DNA of 64,000 nt from Dimorphilus gyrociliatus (Eukaryota > Animalia > Annelida), in the NCBI GenBank assembly GCA_904063045.1, contig CAJFCJ010000001.1, positions 1,550,001 to 1,614,000 of the forward strand, in the 5' to 3' direction. The notes under the pieces are model-generated. The model saw nothing but the letters and a program-made list of their open reading frames with translations, was not told the DNA's origin and did not search any database. This document shows, piece after piece, positions 60,982 to 64,000 of the stretch (positions are counted from its first letter, which is position 1; each line of letters opens with the position of its first letter). The position numbers and the translations under genes are program-made.

Positions 60982-63271
60982 TCATGATTTTATTGGACGA
61001 TCCTCTGCAAGACTTTTAATGCAGATATTACCACTCATGATAAAATGTTCATGACACTTGCACCTATTAAAGATACGTAAATATTTATAAAAAGCTATTA
61101 CTTCAGCTGTTATTTCTTACCCATAGTTTGCAATACCAAAACGAGTACAGCTGGAATTTTCTGGGCAGCTATAGGGCGACGACGAACAATAGTCAACGTC
61201 TGAAAGTATTTTATAATGTCAAAAATATAGATGGGATATTTCTTTTGAATAGTTTTACCAAAGACTATAAGATTTGAGGGGGAAAACTTCCATGCTGTTG
61301 AAGGTTGTATAGAACCTTTCATCAGGCCGTTTGAACTAATTGCTAAAGATATTATGAAAAGCTTTGTGAAATGTTTAATTTTTTTAATGATAAAGCTAAA
61401 GACCTATGCAATGTTTATCCTTCTCGCAAGCCGACGCTAAAGCTTCCGTATTATCCTTTAACTTGGGTATATAACCAACAATTTCCCCTTCCGCATAGGA
61501 ATTCTATATTAATCAATAAATCATTCAAAGTTTAAAAACTTTAAACCAAAGACTTTACCTTAAATACGAAAAAGGATAATGTCCTATTGTAAGTTTTCCT
61601 GTTAATAAATTTCACTAAACCATCAACCTCAACAAATATTCTTCCACCCTTTGCTTCGCACGACTTGAATAAACAGCTCTTTGGCGGTAAAGTTTCAAGG
61701 GTAGGATTTATTAATTTCAAATATTTGTCCCTTCTTAATTTTTCTCTGAGTAATCTAAATATTACAAAAAATAGAACATTCAAATAATCTAAACCATCTA
61801 CATTGTTTTAGCGTCGAATATTTACAATGAATAATATTTTACAACTTCTGACTTTGGCTCTTTTAGCCATTTAGTATACCACTTTACAAAATTTCTGACT
61901 CCTGGTAAAATTTTATCAGTAAGATTAAAGATACTTTTAGATAGTTTACACCATCTTACCATTTTGTAAATTTGTTTTAGGATTGAAGTTTAAATGAATT
62001 CTAGCAAGAGTTACATTAGCCCATGTGTGTAGAATTTCAGTTGGAGGTACGGGTAAACGATTCTAATAATTAATATGTTAAAAAATAAATAATGTATCTA
62101 TGGTCCATTTACGTTTATCAGAATTCTACTAACAATTAAAGCTTTGATTCCCAAAGAAGACTCAAGAGCTGTTACAAGATTGGACAATCTTTGAGACTTG
62201 CCAAAGCCAAGGTTGAAAATTTCTTTACAGCCTTTCGTCTTGTAGTCTATTGCTCCTATTATTCCTGATACAATATCATCTACATAGGTAAAATCTCTTG
62301 CAAGAAACTTCCTTCCTTCAGCTTTAAACATAGGTATAGGCTTATGGTTCATCATCGACTCAGCAAATTTATACACAGCCATATCAGGACGGCCCCATGG
62401 TCCGTACACAGTAAAAAATCGTAAATTAATAATAGATAATCCATATAAACGGCAATAATGTTCATTTAAAATTTCACCACTACGCTTTGAAGCAGCATAC
62501 ATGTTACCCGGTCTATCCACATTATCTGACTCATCAAATGGTATTTTACCAAATTTTCCATAAACACTAGATGAGGATGCATGAATATATTTGATACTCT
62601 GTAAAATCATATGAAAAAAATAGATAAAGAGAATTCATATGATTAAAATCTTAATATTCAAATTACCTTTCGTACTTTCAATTGATCTAATAAAATTTTT
62701 AAACATTCGACATTTTGTCTAAGATATGAATGGGGATCTTTCAATGAATATCTCACTCCAGCTTGTGCGGATAGGTGAATAACATGTGTAAATTCGTATT
62801 TATTAAATAGACTTCTTAAAAATTGTTTATTACAAACATCATCGTAGAAAATTTCGACTCCTAATTTATTAAGTTCGAAAGCCCTTGCCTTATGGAATGT
62901 TTATTCAATTCAAAAGAGAGTCGTGATAGAAGATATTATTAATATATTTTATAAAAGTATAGTAAATTCCTACTTACCGCTTTAAGACTAACGTTATAAT
63001 AGCTATTAAAGTTATCTATACCAATTACTGAAATGTTATAATTCAAAGTTAATGTTCTTGCTAGATGAAAACCAATGAAGCCAGCGGCACCGGTTACTAA
63101 AATATGTTTCTTTGAACTACGTCCATACGTCTCTATTTTTAAATAGTTTGTAAAAAATTTAGCTAATTATTCACTGTGTGATTGATGTTAAATATATACA
63201 TAGTGACGAAACAATAGCTTACCTTTATAACCGGAAACTATAATAGCTAAGTATATATATTTTAGAATCAT
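60982..63271 (-). CDS. UDP-glucuronate 4-epimerase-like extended SDR with an N-terminal signal/anchor and C-terminal Cys module plus EGF-like domain, about 11 exons
   Basis: [69 protein letters not shown] (GAE/Uge/Cap1J signature). Downstream exons splice in frame to [18 protein letters not shown] and DVDYC..C..C..CKC..C. Confidence 0.8.
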
Positions 63272-64000
63272 TTTCCATTGATTATTATTGTATTGTATTG
63301 TGATATTTCATATTTAGTAAATTTGCATTCGAAACTTATTACTATGGGTACGAGTTGCTATATACCAATGGAAATTTTTCAATAAAATCTTTACTACCTT
63401 CTTCAAAACGTAGGCGCCACCGTTTCAGACTCTTTTTTTTCCTTGGTCTATATAAATATAATACAATAGAAGCTGAATATTCATCGCGTGAATTGTGTTG
63501 AATAGTATTAGAACACGATAGTCTGTCTCCACAGCAGACTCTTTTTTTTACAAATTATTAATTTCTCTTAACAATTTTCTTTCTATCAGTAAAAATTATT
63601 AATATTTAATATTTTTAATATTCTCTTAAATAACTTTAATACTTTAAAATTTCTCTTTAAGAACATTGATATTATAAACTGGTATGAGAAAAAGCTTAAA
63701 AGGGTATAATTATCATGGACAGAACGGATTTTATTAAGTCAATTTGTATGATTCTGACAACGCTTTTGGAAAGGTTTACTTTATTGATTTAACATCGCAT
63801 TTGTTTCTTTTCCTTCAAGTTTTCATTATTTAGTCTATGTTGAGTTTGGCTAAACGAATATTGTAATAGTATAAACAGCATGTCATGTCTTGTATGAACA
63901 ATAATTTATTGTGTGATCCTTTATTCAAGATTTTACAATAAATTTTAAAAGTTTTAAATTATGTTAATGAAAATGTTTGTTTTTTTTAATCCGATTTATA

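Noticed and set aside
63714-63772. Possible first exon of a + strand gene (MDRTDFIKSICMILTTLLE, donor ag|gtttac)
   Set aside because: Too short and at the window edge; cannot be supported.

Overview
AT-rich, very gene-dense animal genomic DNA with short GT-AG introns (most 50-90 bp) and many head-to-head gene pairs. The proteins look bilaterian, probably spiralian. A miniaturised annelid-type genome such as Dimorphilus gyrociliatus fits, but that is an inference, not an identification. By manual splicing I resolve about 23 protein-coding genes: 2 tandem CRAL-TRIO genes, a C2H2 zinc-finger gene, a TSNAXIP1-like coiled-coil gene, an Sfi1-repeat gene, AIRIM/C1orf109, BTBD1/2, a SANTA-only KNL2/M18BP1-like gene, CENP-F, CCM2, TP53RK, a TspanC8 tetraspanin, a convergent pair of paralogous 3-Ig receptors, a kinase-HAD Pnkp-like gene, GALNT7, AAR2, FAU, a RADIL/RASIP1-like gene, a CEP15-like gene, CISD2, NDUFAB1, a UDP-glucuronate 4-epimerase-like gene and several orphan ORFs. 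I saw no tRNA, rRNA, CRISPR array or recognisable transposon. Most interesting: (1) a paired Ig system, with one GPI-anchor-type protein and one transmembrane paralog carrying tandem ITIM-like and PPxY motifs; (2) two 177-nt mutually exclusive catalytic-domain exons in GALNT7; (3) an intron-rich animal UDP-GlcA 4-epimerase-like gene fused to a Cys module and an EGF domain; (4) a stand-alone SANTA protein next to CENP-F; (5) a Pnkp-like protein with T4-type domain order. All exon coordinates and family calls come from reading the sequence and recalling family motifs. No searches were run.
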